Assembly: GCA_045863395.1 (NCBI GenBank)
Contig: BTVJ01000018.1
Span: 1 to 64,000 of the forward strand
Origin: Myxococcales bacterium
GTDB lineage: Bacteria; Myxococcota_A; UBA9042; JABWCM01; BTVJ01
Direction of reading: 5' to 3'
Length of the DNA: 64,000 bases
Made by a program: the position numbers and the translations under genes. Shown here piece by piece: positions 19,562-30,483 of this stretch (positions are counted from its first letter, which is position 1; every line of letters begins with the position of its first letter). The notes under the pieces were generated by a model. That model did no database searches. It was not told the origin of the DNA and saw only the letters and a list, made by a program, of their open reading frames with translations.

Positions 19562-20476
19562 ATGACGGTCAGGAAAAACAGGCGCTTGAGCCACCTCGAG
19601 ATGCTCGAGACCGAGAGCATCCACATCTTCCGGGAGGTCGCCGCCGAGTTCGAGCGGCCCGTGCTCCTGTTCTCGGGGGGCAAGGACAGCATCGTGATGC
19701 TGCGCCTCGCGGAGAAGGCCTTCCGCCCCATGCGGTTCCCGTTCCCGCTGATGCACATCGACACGGAGCACAACTTCCCGGAGGTCATAGAGTTCCGCGA
19801 CCGCCGCGCCAAGGAGCTCGGGGAGCGGCTCATCGTGCGCTCCGTGCAGGCCTCCATCGACCAGGGGCGCATCATCGAGCGCGCGGGCGCCGACAACAGC
19901 CGCAACCGCATGCAGATCACGACGCTGCTCGACGCGCTCGCCGAGCTGCGCTTCGACGCGGTCTTCGGGGGGGCGCGCCGCGACGAAGAGAAGGCCCGCG
20001 CCAAGGAGCGCATCTTCTCTTTCCGCGACGAGCTGGGGCAGTGGGACCCGAAGAACCAGCGCCCGGAGCTGTGGAACGTGTACAACGGGCGCATCCACAA
20101 GGGGGAGCACATCCGCATCTTCCCCATCAGCAACTGGACCGAGCTCGACATCTGGCAGTACATCACGCAGGAACGCTTGGACATCCCGTCCATCTACTAC
20201 TCCCACGAGCGCCCCACCGTGGTGCGCGACGGTCAGCTGCTGCCCATCAGCCACCTGCTCCAGCCGCGCGCCGGCGAGACGCCGCAGGTCCGCCACGTCC
20301 GCTTCCGCACCGTCGGCGACATGACCTGCACCGGCTGTGTCGAGAGTCTCGCGTCCACTCCCGAGCAAGTCATCGCCGAGACCTCGGTAGAGCGAGTGAC
20401 GGAGCGGGGAAACCGCGCCGACGACAAGGTCAGCGAGGCCGCCATGGAGGATCGCAAGCGTGAGGGGTATTTCTGA
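19562..20476 (+). CDS. cysD: Sulfate adenylyltransferase subunit 2
   Basis: [55 protein letters not shown]. Confidence 0.97.
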   Translation: MTVRKNRRLSHLEMLETESIHIFREVAAEFERPVLLFSGGKDSIVMLRLAEKAFRPMRFPFPLMHIDTEHNFPEVIEFRDRRAKELGERLIVRSVQASIDQGRIIERAGADNSRNRMQITTLLDALAELRFDAVFGGARRDEEKARAKERIFSFRDELGQWDPKNQRPELWNVYNGRIHKGEHIRIFPISNWTELDIWQYITQERLDIPSIYYSHERPTVVRDGQLLPISHLLQPRAGETPQVRHVRFRTVGDMTCTGCVESLASTPEQVIAETSVERVTERGNRADDKVSEAAMEDRKREGYF

Positions 20477-20477
20477 C

Positions 20478-22340
20478 ATGGACCTTCTGCGATTCTCCAC
20501 CGCGGGCAGCGTCGACGACGGCAAGAGCACCCTGATCGGGCGCCTCCTGTTCGACTCCAAGGGGGTGTTCGAGGACCAGCTCGACGCCGTGCGCCGCGCG
20601 ACCACCAACCGGACGGGCGGCGAGTTCGACCTGTCCCTGCTCACCGACGGCCTGCGCGCCGAGCGCGAGCAGGGCATCACCATCGACGTGGCGTACCGGT
20701 ACTTCGCGACTCCCAAGCGCAAGTTCATCATCGCGGACACTCCGGGCCACGAGCAGTACACCCGCAACATGGCGACCGGGTCGAGCACGGCGAACCTGTC
20801 CATCGTGCTCATCGACGCGCGGAACGGGGTCCTGGTTCAGTCTCGGCGGCACACGTTCATCGCGTCGCTCCTGGGGATCCCCCACCTGGTCGTCGCCGTC
20901 AACAAGATGGATCTGGTCGGCTGGTCCGAGGCCGCCTACGACGCGATCCGGGCCGAGTTCGCTGCGTTCGTCAAGCCGCTCGGATTCAAGGAGATCACGT
21001 ATATCCCCCTCTCGGCGCTGCACGGCGACAACGTGGTCAACCGCACCGCCACCATGCCCTGGTACGAGGGGCCGAGCCTGCTCGAGCACCTGGAGACCGT
21101 CGACGTCTCCGTCGACGAGAATCTCGCGGACCTCCGTTTCCCAGTGCAGATCGTCCTGCGCCCCCACCACGCCTTCCGGGGATTCGCTGGCCAGATCGCG
21201 TCGGGTGTGATCCGCAAGGGAGACGAGGTGCTCGCACTGCCGGCGGGCCGGACGAGCCGGGTCAAGCGCATCCACACCCTCGACGGAGACCTGGACGAGG
21301 CGTTCGCTCCCCAGTCCGTGTCGATCCTGCTCGAGGACGAGATCGACATCTCACGGGGCGACATGCTCGTTCGCCCCGATCAACGGCCCTTCATCGGGAG
21401 AGACATCGAGGCCCGGGTGGTCTGGATGAGCGAGTCTCCGCTCGACCCGGCGAAGCAGTATCTGATCAAGCAGACCAGCCGCGCGGTCAAGGCGCGCTTC
21501 ACGGCGCTCCACCACCGGATCTCCGTGAACACGCTCGCCGAGGAGCCCGCAGACCGCCTCGCCCTGAACGAGATTGGTCGGGTGCGACTGTCAACGGCCC
21601 AGCCGCTCTTCTTCGACCCCTACTCGCAGAACCGGCGCACGGGCAGCTTCGTGGTCATCGACGTGACGACCAACGCCACCGTCGGCGCCGGGATGATCGC
21701 GGACGAGCAGCCCCAGGGCGGAAACCGCTCCATCCGCGATCTCGGCCACGTCGACCGCGAAGCCCGCGAGGCCGCTCAGACCCACAAGGGCGGCGTGCTC
21801 TGGCTGACCGGGCGCTCGGGCAGCGGCAAGACCACCATCGCGCGGGCCTTCGAGGCTCGGCTCCTTCAGCGGGGGGTCCGCGGCTACGTCATCGGGCGTG
21901 ACACGGTCTCCCGCGGGCTCTGCGGCGACGTGTGGGAGTCGAGCACCACCGAGTCCACGCGCCGAATCGCCGAGACGGCGCGCCTGCTGGCGGACGCGGG
22001 CGTGCTCGTGGTCGTCGATACGGTGTCTCCCCACGCCTCGGACCGGGCCGTCGCCCGAGACACCCTGGGCCCGGACTGGATCGAGGTCTTCGTGGACGCG
22101 CCGCCGGAGACCTGCGCGACCCGCGCCGCCGAGGCCGCGGCCGAGCTGGCCCTCGCGGCCAACACCACGCCACCGCTGCTGCCGCCGGCCGCCCCCTACG
22201 AGCCCCCGACCTCCCCGGACCTCACGCTGAAGACCGCACGGCTGACGGTTGAGAAGTCGGTGGCGCGCCTCTTCGACCTGCTCGGCGCGAAGGGAATCTA
22301 CGCGGACAGCGCCACCATGGACGGCGGCGGAGGCATCTGA
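20478..22340 (+). CDS. cysN: Sulfate adenylyltransferase subunit 1 (GTPase) fused to a degenerate APS-kinase domain
   Basis: [38 protein letters not shown]-terminal [12 protein letters not shown]-loop. Confidence 0.95.
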   Translation: MDLLRFSTAGSVDDGKSTLIGRLLFDSKGVFEDQLDAVRRATTNRTGGEFDLSLLTDGLRAEREQGITIDVAYRYFATPKRKFIIADTPGHEQYTRNMATGSSTANLSIVLIDARNGVLVQSRRHTFIASLLGIPHLVVAVNKMDLVGWSEAAYDAIRAEFAAFVKPLGFKEITYIPLSALHGDNVVNRTATMPWYEGPSLLEHLETVDVSVDENLADLRFPVQIVLRPHHAFRGFAGQIASGVIRKGDEVLALPAGRTSRVKRIHTLDGDLDEAFAPQSVSILLEDEIDISRGDMLVRPDQRPFIGRDIEARVVWMSESPLDPAKQYLIKQTSRAVKARFTALHHRISVNTLAEEPADRLALNEIGRVRLSTAQPLFFDPYSQNRRTGSFVVIDVTTNATVGAGMIADEQPQGGNRSIRDLGHVDREAREAAQTHKGGVLWLTGRSGSGKTTIARAFEARLLQRGVRGYVIGRDTVSRGLCGDVWESSTTESTRRIAETARLLADAGVLVVVDTVSPHASDRAVARDTLGPDWIEVFVDAPPETCATRAAEAAAELALAANTTPPLLPPAAPYEPPTSPDLTLKTARLTVEKSVARLFDLLGAKGIYADSATMDGGGGI

Positions 22341-22345
22341 CCCCG

Positions 22346-24721
22346 CTATACCGCTGCCGCGGCAGGCACTCTCGCCTCCGCGGGGGCCCGGTCCAGGAGC
22401 CGGACCATCCCCGCGGCACAGGCGAGCATCAGGATCAGGTGCGCCACGAAGATCAGGTCGCCCAGCGCGACCTCCCACAGCTTCTCGGTGCGGTCGAAGC
22501 CGCTCGCCTGGACGGCCACCACCAGCGCCAGCACCTTCAGGTTGGCAAACCAGAGGGCCCGCTCCAGCAGGACGCCCACCCGCGCCCCGATGGCGGCCCG
22601 CACCGCCAACACCACCAGCAAAACGGGGATCGCGTACTTGATGGCCGTGACCGCCCACGCCAGCGCGAACACGTCCCGCTCCCGTGACAGGTCCCCGAAC
22701 CACCGCAGCCCCGCCGTGAAGTCGATGTGGCTGAAGAAGAAGCCACGAAAGAGGAGCCAGAACGCGAACAGCGCGGCGCCGAGCAGCACGAGGCCGCCCT
22801 CCGTCTCGTCTGCCGGAGGCGCCCCCAAGGCTCCCCGCCGCAGCGCCAGCCACCCCGCCGCGAACACCGCCGGCACCTGGGAGACCACCAGCCATGACAT
22901 GGGCAGCCCCGACAGAACGACGCCGTACCCGTGGCCCAGGGCGACCAGGGCGACCGCGCAGAGGCGCTCCCATCGCCCCCGCAGGCGCACGACCAGGGCG
23001 GCCCCGAGGGCGTACCACAGGGCGACCTGCACGGCGGGGCCACCGACCTCCAACCACTTCACCGGGTAGTAGTCATACTCCCAGCCCCCGGCCTCGTGCA
23101 GGAAGAGGAGGGGCAGCGTCACGAGCACCAGCGCCAGAGGAAGCGCCACGCCCCCCCGTGGACGCGTCCACCGGCGCCGCACCAGCTCCACGCATCCCCA
23201 CACGGCGGACCCGATGGCAATGGGGTGCAGCAGGTTCTGGCCCGCCTGATAGTAGTAGACGCCGCTCGGCACACAGAACAGTGCGAAGGCGAGGGTGTGC
23301 GCCCCCATGGCCCGCGCCGACCCGTCCCGCACGAGCGCCAGGATGGCCCCTGCCGCGGCGAGGGTGGCGTAGAAGAGCGGGGTCTGCCACACCACGCCGC
23401 CCCGGGAGTGGAAGAACTGGCTCCACCCCAGCGCATGGCGGGCGATGAGGGCCGTCCCCGCGAGCAACACCACCAGCCAGACGACCTGGCGAACCGACGT
23501 GCGCGCCGCGAACCACAGGCCGACGCCGAGCACGGGCGCCGCCAGCCACGGCCCCGCCGACGGAGAGCTCACCGCGGCGAGTACGGCCGCCAGGGCCGCC
23601 ATGCCACCCGTGAGGCGCCAGCCGCCGCCCCCCAGGCTCACCCAGACGAAGAGACACGCGAGCAGGGGCATCAGCGCGAGCACCTGGTCCAGGTGGGCGC
23701 GGTCCCGGCTCTCGCGCGCCTGCGACTGGGCCTCGGCGAGGGTCGGCGCCTCGTAGCCGGCCGCCGCGAGGGCCTGTCGCTGGAGCTCCTCGTAGCGCGC
23801 GAGACGCTCCGAGTCCCCCTCGGCAGGCCACGCGCCCTCCCAGCTCGGCGGCAGCGGCAGCATGTTCGGCCACGCCAGCGCCCAGATCAGGTCCACCTGC
23901 TGCACGTCGTTGGGCACCCCCGCCCCGGTCAGCGACCGGAAGGCGCCCCCGAGCACGGCGACGGACTCGCGGGTGTGGTGTCCGGCCGCGTCGTGCCCGT
24001 GGTCCCCGGCGATCATCACGGCGTCCCTCGACGGGTCCACCAGCGCTAGGAGCCGCCCGAGGCGCTCGTCGACGGCCCGGAAGTGCGCCTCGTACTCTGC
24101 GCTCCCGGGCTTGTGGAGGTGCGCCGCCTTGTCGGTGCCCGGCACGTGCACGAGCACCATGCGTATGCTCGGATCCCGCAACAGCCCCATGGCCTCGTCC
24201 AGCGCCCGCAGGTCCCGCTCCACGTAGGAGCCCCCCCAGTCCTCCACGTTGATGGATCGCACCGCCTGGCGCCCATAGAGGGAGGTCAGCGTCATGTCGC
24301 TGATCACCGCGTAGGGGACCCCGGCGGCGGCAGCGGCGGCCGGCAAGCTCGCCGCCCCCCCCTCGCGCCCCGTGAAGTTGTGGAGCCCCGCCGAGAACGG
24401 GCTCTCCCGCCCTTCGATGAGGGTCTGCATGCACGGGAGGCTGAAGTTGGCGCTGCACGTGCGGACGTCCATGTCCACCACGCCCTCGCTCCGGGACCAC
24501 GCGAGCAGCGACGGCATGACGCCCGGCGCCTCCATGGTGTCTCGCCGCAGGCTGTCCACGATGAGCAACACGAGGCGATCCGTCCCCTCTCCGCCTGTCA
24601 CCCGCGATGCCGCGCCGCCGGCGTCCGGTCCCAGGAAGAAGGCGGTGGCGAACAGCACGAGCACCGGCACGACGTGGTGCGACGCGGGCTTCGGCAGGGT
24701 CTCGGTGGAGGGGCGTCCCAT
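22346..24721 (-). CDS. Alkaline-phosphatase-superfamily domain + multi-TM membrane protein (GPI ethanolamine-phosphate transferase PIG-G/O-like architecture)
   Basis: LIVDSLRRD, NFSLP, HVPGTDKAAH, GDHGH..GHH, followed by many hydrophobic helices; start set to ATG 24721. Confidence 0.7.
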   Translation of the reverse strand: MGRPSTETLPKPASHHVVPVLVLFATAFFLGPDAGGAASRVTGGEGTDRLVLLIVDSLRRDTMEAPGVMPSLLAWSRSEGVVDMDVRTCSANFSLPCMQTLIEGRESPFSAGLHNFTGREGGAASLPAAAAAAGVPYAVISDMTLTSLYGRQAVRSINVEDWGGSYVERDLRALDEAMGLLRDPSIRMVLVHVPGTDKAAHLHKPGSAEYEAHFRAVDERLGRLLALVDPSRDAVMIAGDHGHDAAGHHTRESVAVLGGAFRSLTGAGVPNDVQQVDLIWALAWPNMLPLPPSWEGAWPAEGDSERLARYEELQRQALAAAGYEAPTLAEAQSQARESRDRAHLDQVLALMPLLACLFVWVSLGGGGWRLTGGMAALAAVLAAVSSPSAGPWLAAPVLGVGLWFAARTSVRQVVWLVVLLAGTALIARHALGWSQFFHSRGGVVWQTPLFYATLAAAGAILALVRDGSARAMGAHTLAFALFCVPSGVYYYQAGQNLLHPIAIGSAVWGCVELVRRRWTRPRGGVALPLALVLVTLPLLFLHEAGGWEYDYYPVKWLEVGGPAVQVALWYALGAALVVRLRGRWERLCAVALVALGHGYGVVLSGLPMSWLVVSQVPAVFAAGWLALRRGALGAPPADETEGGLVLLGAALFAFWLLFRGFFFSHIDFTAGLRWFGDLSRERDVFALAWAVTAIKYAIPVLLVVLAVRAAIGARVGVLLERALWFANLKVLALVVAVQASGFDRTEKLWEVALGDLIFVAHLILMLACAAGMVRLLDRAPAEARVPAAAAV

Positions 24722-24826
24722 GGGCGGCGACAGTGTGCCCGAGCGGCGCTCCGGTGGCAAACGCCTCCGTCGGGCCACCTCGCCCCGACTTGACTCGCCG
24801 CCCGGATTGTGAGATTCCGACGCGCC

Positions 24827-25669
24827 ATGCTTGCCGTCATCCCCTGGTTCACCGTCAGCCCCATCCACATCGGCCCGCTCCCCATCCAGCCCTTCGGGCT
24901 CCTGGTGGCCACGGGCGTGTTCGTCGGCGCCGCCATCGCGCGCAAGGCCATCCTTCGCCGGGGCCTCGACGAGGATCACTACCAGCGCATGATCACGTGG
25001 ATGCTGCTGTTCGCCTTCGGGCTCGCGCACATCGTCGCCGTGACCGCGTACCACCCCGAGAAGCTGCTCTCGGAGCCGCTGCGCCTCATCAAGTTCTGGG
25101 ACGGCCTGTCCTCGGTGGGGGGCTTCTTCGGCGCCGTCATCGGCTGCCACATCTACGCGTGGCGCAACAAGCTCCGCTTCACCGAGTATGCCGACGCCAT
25201 CATGGAGGGCTTCGTCTACGGCTGGATCTTCGGCCGCATGGGCTGTACGGTCGTCCACGACCACCCGGGTGTCCCGTCCGACTTCTTCCTGGCAATCAAC
25301 TATCCCGCTGGGCACTTCGGGCCCGCCGACCCCGGGGGGCCGCGCCTGGACCTCGGCCTGCTCGAGCTGATCTTCACCGTCCTGCTGGCGCTCCTGTTCC
25401 TCTACCTGAAGCGCAAGCCGCGCTTCCCCGGCTTCTACATGGGCCTCGGGGCGGTCATCTACGCTCCGGTCCGCTTCACGCTCGACTTCTTCCGCAAGGC
25501 GGCGGAGCAGGGGGGCGACGACCGCTACGCGGGCCTCACCCCGGCCCAGTGGTCGGTCATCGTGCTCTTCGGCCTCGGCGTCTACGTGCTGGTCAGCAAC
25601 AAGGACCGGGCCCCCCTGGTCGCGGCGCCCGCGCCGGCTCCACCGAAGGGCAGGAAGCGCCCAGGGTAG
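24827..25669 (+). CDS. lgt: Prolipoprotein diacylglyceryl transferase family protein
   Basis: IGPLPIQPFGLL, WDGLSSVGG, GRMGC..HDHPG, Y...RF.LDFFR, GLTPAQW. Confidence 0.85.
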   Translation: MLAVIPWFTVSPIHIGPLPIQPFGLLVATGVFVGAAIARKAILRRGLDEDHYQRMITWMLLFAFGLAHIVAVTAYHPEKLLSEPLRLIKFWDGLSSVGGFFGAVIGCHIYAWRNKLRFTEYADAIMEGFVYGWIFGRMGCTVVHDHPGVPSDFFLAINYPAGHFGPADPGGPRLDLGLLELIFTVLLALLFLYLKRKPRFPGFYMGLGAVIYAPVRFTLDFFRKAAEQGGDDRYAGLTPAQWSVIVLFGLGVYVLVSNKDRAPLVAAPAPAPPKGRKRPG

Positions 25670-25676
25670 CCCCCGC

Positions 25677-26174
25677 TCACTGCCGCGGGAGCTGCTCCAC
25701 CTTCATGGCCGAGAGCCGCTGCACCCGCGCGTCCACGAGCCGCGCCACCACCCCGGGCTCCGTCGACGGCGCGAGCACCCCCTCAGCCCACAGCAGCCGG
25801 TCGGTGACCTGCACGCGCCCCCCCTCGGGCAGCACCACGTCGATGACCGCCCGGTCGAGCCCCTCCTCGCCGGGGTGCACGCACCCAGGATATGGCGGCC
25901 CGATCAAGAAGCTGCGGGGATAGGGCTCCGTATCGCCGAGCATCATCTTCCCCTCGATGACCACCCGCTCGCCCGTCAGCTTGCCCAGCTCCACCAGCTC
26001 GGGCTCGCCGTCCCCCACCCTCCTGAACCACTGGCCCTGGAAGCGCAGCCGGGGCAGCGTGCGGTCCACGAACACGTAGCCGGGGTCCTCCGGGTACGGC
26101 GAGGGCACAGGCGCCTCAGACACCGCGCCCCCCGAGCAGGCCCCAAGGAGCACGACCAGGACGAGCCCCCTCAT
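25677..26174 (-). CDS. DUF3299-like lipoprotein
   Basis: Lipobox LLGAC; G.RVVIEG...FLI.P..PGCVHP...V..EGVL pattern. Confidence 0.55.
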   Translation of the reverse strand: MRGLVLVVLLGACSGGAVSEAPVPSPYPEDPGYVFVDRTLPRLRFQGQWFRRVGDGEPELVELGKLTGERVVIEGKMMLGDTEPYPRSFLIGPPYPGCVHPGEEGLDRAVIDVVLPEGGRVQVTDRLLWAEGVLAPSTEPGVVARLVDARVQRLSAMKVEQLPRQ

Positions 26175-27397
26175 CTCCCCTCCAGGCGTGCCAGGTGCTC
26201 CGTCACGTAGACGATACGCGCCACCCCTGCCTCCCGAAGGGCGACGCCGACGCCGATGTGCGTCACGCGCGGGTCGAGCAGGTTCCTCCGGTGCGACGGG
26301 CTGTCCACGAGCCGGTCATGGGCCCAGGGGATGGACACGCTCATGGCGATGTTCTCGAGCACCAGCGCGGGCGGCACCCCAGCGTCCCGCAGCCGCTGGG
26401 ACAGCTCCCCCTTCACTGGCGAGCGGTGGCCGAAGTAGCGCGAGTCCCGCATGTCCTGGCTGTGGCGCCGTGCGCTCCCCGTCAGCACCGGGTCCACCTT
26501 CAGCCGCGGCAGGCCCATGGCCGCCCGGTAGTCGTTGACCAGGGTCACCATCTGGCGCTCCAGGGCCTCACGCCCGCTCCCGTCCAGCGCCGGCGCCGAC
26601 GGGAGCACCTTCACCGTGGGCAGGGGCGGCACGTCCCCCGCGTCCACCTCGATCTGCGAGGCCACCTGCGGCCCGTAGGCGTCCTCCGCCAGCACCTGCA
26701 GCACGTAGCGCCCCTGACCGTCCCGGAACGGCACGCTGCACGCGAAGCGGGGCCCCTCGGACCGCACCATCAGGTCAGAGATCGCCCCCGTCGGTGACGC
26801 CAGCACCACGTGGGGGTTCCTGACGAGCGGGCTCGCCAGCTCCCCGAACAGCACCTGCTCGCCACCGGGCGCCACCTTGCGAGGGAACGCGGACAGCACG
26901 ACCATCCGGCGCAGAAGCACGACCGTCACCTCCGCGCGCCCGTCCTTGCGCGCGGCGGCGCCGACCCCCAGGTGGGTCAGGTGGCGCCCCGTCGTCTCCG
27001 TGGACACCAGCGTCAGGAGCCCAGGCGGCACCGTCCCGCCAACGTCCATGCCGAAGGTGAACGGCAGGTAGGCGGCGTCCACCACCTGCTCGCCGTGGAG
27101 GGCGTAGCGAAGATGGGCCGGGATCATCTCCGGGTCACCGCCGTCGGCCACTACCCGCGACGTCGCCCGGCAGCCCGCATCCAGGCCGCCGTCCCGCCCC
27201 ACCCGCCGCCCGTCGGCTCCGAGGGCCTGGACCACGGCCTGGCGGACCCGCTCCTCCAGCGGCCCCAGATCCACCGGCGCCGAGGGCGCGACCTCGGGCG
27301 AGGGCACGGGCAACGGCGCGGGCTCCTTCCGCTGCGGAGACGCGCACGCAGCCACCGCCACGAGCACCGCGACCCACCTGTGACGTCCTGCTCCCAT
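26171..27397 (-). CDS. CAP (SCP) domain lipoprotein
   Basis: VAAC lipobox; LVNDYR...ARRHSQDM..YFGH..ENIA...SPSHRRNLL..THIGVG. Confidence 0.9.
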   Translation of the reverse strand: MGAGRHRWVAVLVAVAACASPQRKEPAPLPVPSPEVAPSAPVDLGPLEERVRQAVVQALGADGRRVGRDGGLDAGCRATSRVVADGGDPEMIPAHLRYALHGEQVVDAAYLPFTFGMDVGGTVPPGLLTLVSTETTGRHLTHLGVGAAARKDGRAEVTVVLLRRMVVLSAFPRKVAPGGEQVLFGELASPLVRNPHVVLASPTGAISDLMVRSEGPRFACSVPFRDGQGRYVLQVLAEDAYGPQVASQIEVDAGDVPPLPTVKVLPSAPALDGSGREALERQMVTLVNDYRAAMGLPRLKVDPVLTGSARRHSQDMRDSRYFGHRSPVKGELSQRLRDAGVPPALVLENIAMSVSIPWAHDRLVDSPSHRRNLLDPRVTHIGVGVALREAGVARIVYVTEHLARLEGR

Positions 27398-27523
27398 GCG
27401 ACGCGCACCATAGCCCGCATGACGCCCCGCCTCAACCCCTGCCGGGCCCTTGACCCCACCCGGTCATGCACTAACCTTGCGGGGCCCGCGCGACGTGACG
27501 CTGGCGCAGCCCTTGAGGAGCCC

Positions 27524-30010
27524 ATGCAGCACGATCCGATCGCCGAGGCAGACACCGAGACCGAGCCCACCGAGCCCCTCCGCACGGAGACCGCCGACTC
27601 CGGCAAGCCGGAGACCTCGCGCCGCACCCGGTCGCTGGTCTCGGTCGACGAGGGCCCCCCCACCAACCTCTTCGTGTTCCCCCTCGCCGTGCCCGTGCTG
27701 TTCCCCGGCATGGCCGTGCCGCTGCCGGTCACGAGCGAGCGCGGCCAGCGCATCGTCGACCAGGTGGTGAACCAGAGCGGGTTCCTGGGGTTCGTGGCGC
27801 GCATCGACCTTCCGGACGACGACCAGCCAGCCGCCGACTCCCGCGCCACCGAGCTCCACGACGTGGGCGTCGTCGCCCGGGTCGTCGACAAGCTGGACCT
27901 GCCCGACGGCACCTACGCGGTGCTCGTCCAGGCGCTCTCCCGCTTCCGCATCACTCGCTGGGCGCGCAAGACGCCGTTCCTCATCGCCAAGGTCGCCTAC
28001 GTGGAGGAGACGAACTCCGACCCGGAGACCACCGAGGCCCTCGCCCGCGAGATCAAGAGCGCCATCCACCAGATCATCGAGCTCATCCCCGAGGCCAAGG
28101 AACACTTCGACGCGTCCCTCCTCGGCGGCCTGGACCCGTCGCGCCTCGCCGACTTCGTGGCGGCCCATGTGGGCCTGCCCCCCGACGAGCGCCAGCGGGT
28201 GCTCGCGGCCAGCGACGTCACGGAGCGCCTGCGGGTCGTGCTGGAGCTGGTCATGCGCGAGCTGGGCGTCAGGCAGCTCGGCGCCCGCATCCGGGAGGAG
28301 ATCCGCCAGCAGGCGGAGGACCACCAGAAGCGCTGGGTGCTCCACGAGCAGCTCAAGGCGATCAAGCGCGAGCTCGGCGACGAGGGAGGCGACGCCACCT
28401 CATGGCCCGCCCGCATCGCCGACGCGAAGATGCCCCCCGAGGCGGAGGCGCGGGCCAAGGAGGAGCTGGCGCGGCTGGAGGGCATCCCGACCGAGTCCCC
28501 GGAGCACAACGTCCTGCGAACGTGGCTGGAGTGGATGTGCGCCCTGCCCTGGTCCCGCACCTCGGACGACCTCGTCGACATGGACCGGGCCCGCCACATC
28601 CTCGATGACGACCACTTCGGCCTCGACGAGGTGAAGGAGCGCATCGAGGAGATCCTGGCCGTCCGCAAGCTGCGCCCGGGGCTCAAGGGCCCGATCCTCT
28701 GCTTCGTGGGCCCCCCGGGCGTCGGCAAGACGTCCCTCGGCAAGTCCATCGCGAAGGCGCTGGGCCGGGAGGTGTTCCGCTTCTCGGTGGGTGGCATGCG
28801 CGACGAGGCAGAGATCAAGGGCCACCGCCGCACCTACGTCGGAGCCATGCCCGGCAAGATCCTGCAGGGGCTGCGCCGGGTCGGCACCGCCAACCCGGTC
28901 TTCGTCCTCGACGAGATCGACAAGATCGCCCACGACTGGCGCGGCGACCCCGCGTCGGCGCTGCTCGAGGTCCTGGACCCGGCGCAGAACGCGGACTTCC
29001 TCGACCACTACCTGGACGTGCGCTTCGACCTGAGCCGCGTCCTGTTCATCGCCACCGCCAACGTGACGGAGACCATCCCCGCCGCGCTCCTCGACCGCAT
29101 GGAGGTCATCCGCCTGTCCTCCTACATCGAGGACGAGAAGGTGGAGATCGCCGCCCGCTACCTGGTGCCGCGCCAGCGGGAAGAGAACGGCCTCGACTCG
29201 TCACAGCTCCAGCTCCCCCGGCCGGTTCTACGTGAGATCGTGCGCGGGTGGACGCGGGAGGGCGGTGTACGCAACCTGGAGCGTGAGATCGCCAAGGTCT
29301 GCCGAAAATCGGCCGCTGCGGTCGCCAAGGGCTCCCCGCGCCCCGCACGGGTCACCGCCCAGCGCCTGCCGGAGCTGCTCGGCCCGTCGCGGTTCGAGGC
29401 CGAGCAGGCCCTGAGACCTCGCCCCGGCACGGCCATCGGCCTCGCGTGGACCTCCCACGGCGGCGAGATCCTGCACATCGAGTGCGCTGCCATGCGGGGC
29501 TCTGGCACCGTGACGCTGACCGGAAAGCTCGGCGACGTGATGGCGGAGTCGGCGCGCATCGCCGTGAGCTGGGTCCGCGGCCACCTGGACGCACTGGGCC
29601 TCGACCCCGACGCCCTGAAGCAGCAGGACCTGCACGTCCACTTCCCTGCAGGCGCCATCCCCAAGGACGGCCCGTCTGCGGGCGTGACCATCGCGACGGC
29701 GCTGGCCTCCCTCCTGTTGCCCACCGCCCCCCTGCGGCCTGGGGTCGCCATGACCGGCGAGCTGACCCTGACCGGGCGGGTCCTGCCAGTGGGTGGGATC
29801 AAAGAGAAGGTCATCGCGGCAAAGGCGGCGGGCCTGACGACGGTGATCCTCCCCGCGGCCAACGAGAAGGACCTGGCGGAGGTCCCGCCAAAGGCCCGCG
29901 ACGGGCTGACCTTCGTGCTTGCGCGGGACGCCACGGAGGTCTTGAACGCGGCCTTCGAGCAGAGCCCTCTCCAGAAGCAGAAGCCCAAGAAGAAGAAGGA
30001 CAAGCGATGA
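27524..30010 (+). CDS. lon: ATP-dependent Lon protease
   Basis: [47 protein letters not shown] (catalytic Ser), GGIKEK (catalytic Lys). Confidence 0.97.
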   Translation: MQHDPIAEADTETEPTEPLRTETADSGKPETSRRTRSLVSVDEGPPTNLFVFPLAVPVLFPGMAVPLPVTSERGQRIVDQVVNQSGFLGFVARIDLPDDDQPAADSRATELHDVGVVARVVDKLDLPDGTYAVLVQALSRFRITRWARKTPFLIAKVAYVEETNSDPETTEALAREIKSAIHQIIELIPEAKEHFDASLLGGLDPSRLADFVAAHVGLPPDERQRVLAASDVTERLRVVLELVMRELGVRQLGARIREEIRQQAEDHQKRWVLHEQLKAIKRELGDEGGDATSWPARIADAKMPPEAEARAKEELARLEGIPTESPEHNVLRTWLEWMCALPWSRTSDDLVDMDRARHILDDDHFGLDEVKERIEEILAVRKLRPGLKGPILCFVGPPGVGKTSLGKSIAKALGREVFRFSVGGMRDEAEIKGHRRTYVGAMPGKILQGLRRVGTANPVFVLDEIDKIAHDWRGDPASALLEVLDPAQNADFLDHYLDVRFDLSRVLFIATANVTETIPAALLDRMEVIRLSSYIEDEKVEIAARYLVPRQREENGLDSSQLQLPRPVLREIVRGWTREGGVRNLEREIAKVCRKSAAAVAKGSPRPARVTAQRLPELLGPSRFEAEQALRPRPGTAIGLAWTSHGGEILHIECAAMRGSGTVTLTGKLGDVMAESARIAVSWVRGHLDALGLDPDALKQQDLHVHFPAGAIPKDGPSAGVTIATALASLLLPTAPLRPGVAMTGELTLTGRVLPVGGIKEKVIAAKAAGLTTVILPAANEKDLAEVPPKARDGLTFVLARDATEVLNAAFEQSPLQKQKPKKKKDKR

Positions 30011-30483
30011 GCCTGACCCACCTGGACGAGCACGGCCACGTGCGCATGGTCGACGTTGCTGGCAAGGAGGAGACGCGCCGCCGGGCGGTGGCCCGCGGGC
30101 GCGTGCGCATGGCGCCCGCCACCGTGCGCGCGCTGGTGGACGGGACCCTGCCCAAGGGCGACGCCCTGGCGACGGCGCGCATCGCGGGCATCCAGGGGGC
30201 CAAGGAGACGGCGCGCCTCATCCCCCTCTGCCACCCCCTCCCCCTCACCCACGTGTCGGTCGAGCTGGCCCCCACCGAGGCCGCGGTGGAGATCACCGCG
30301 GTGGCGGAGACTGTCGGCCGGACCGGCGTCGAGATGGAGGCCCTGACCGCCGTGACCGTCGCGGCACTGACGCTCTACGACATGACCAAGGCCATCGACA
30401 AGGGCATGGTCATCGAGGCCGTGCGCCTCGTCGCCAAGGAGGGGGGCAGAAGCGGCGTCGTGATCCGGGACCCACTGGAGTGA
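30007..30483 (+). CDS. moaC: Cyclic pyranopterin monophosphate synthase
   Basis: [39 protein letters not shown] overlap with lon. Confidence 0.96.
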   Translation: MSLTHLDEHGHVRMVDVAGKEETRRRAVARGRVRMAPATVRALVDGTLPKGDALATARIAGIQGAKETARLIPLCHPLPLTHVSVELAPTEAAVEITAVAETVGRTGVEMEALTAVTVAALTLYDMTKAIDKGMVIEAVRLVAKEGGRSGVVIRDPLE

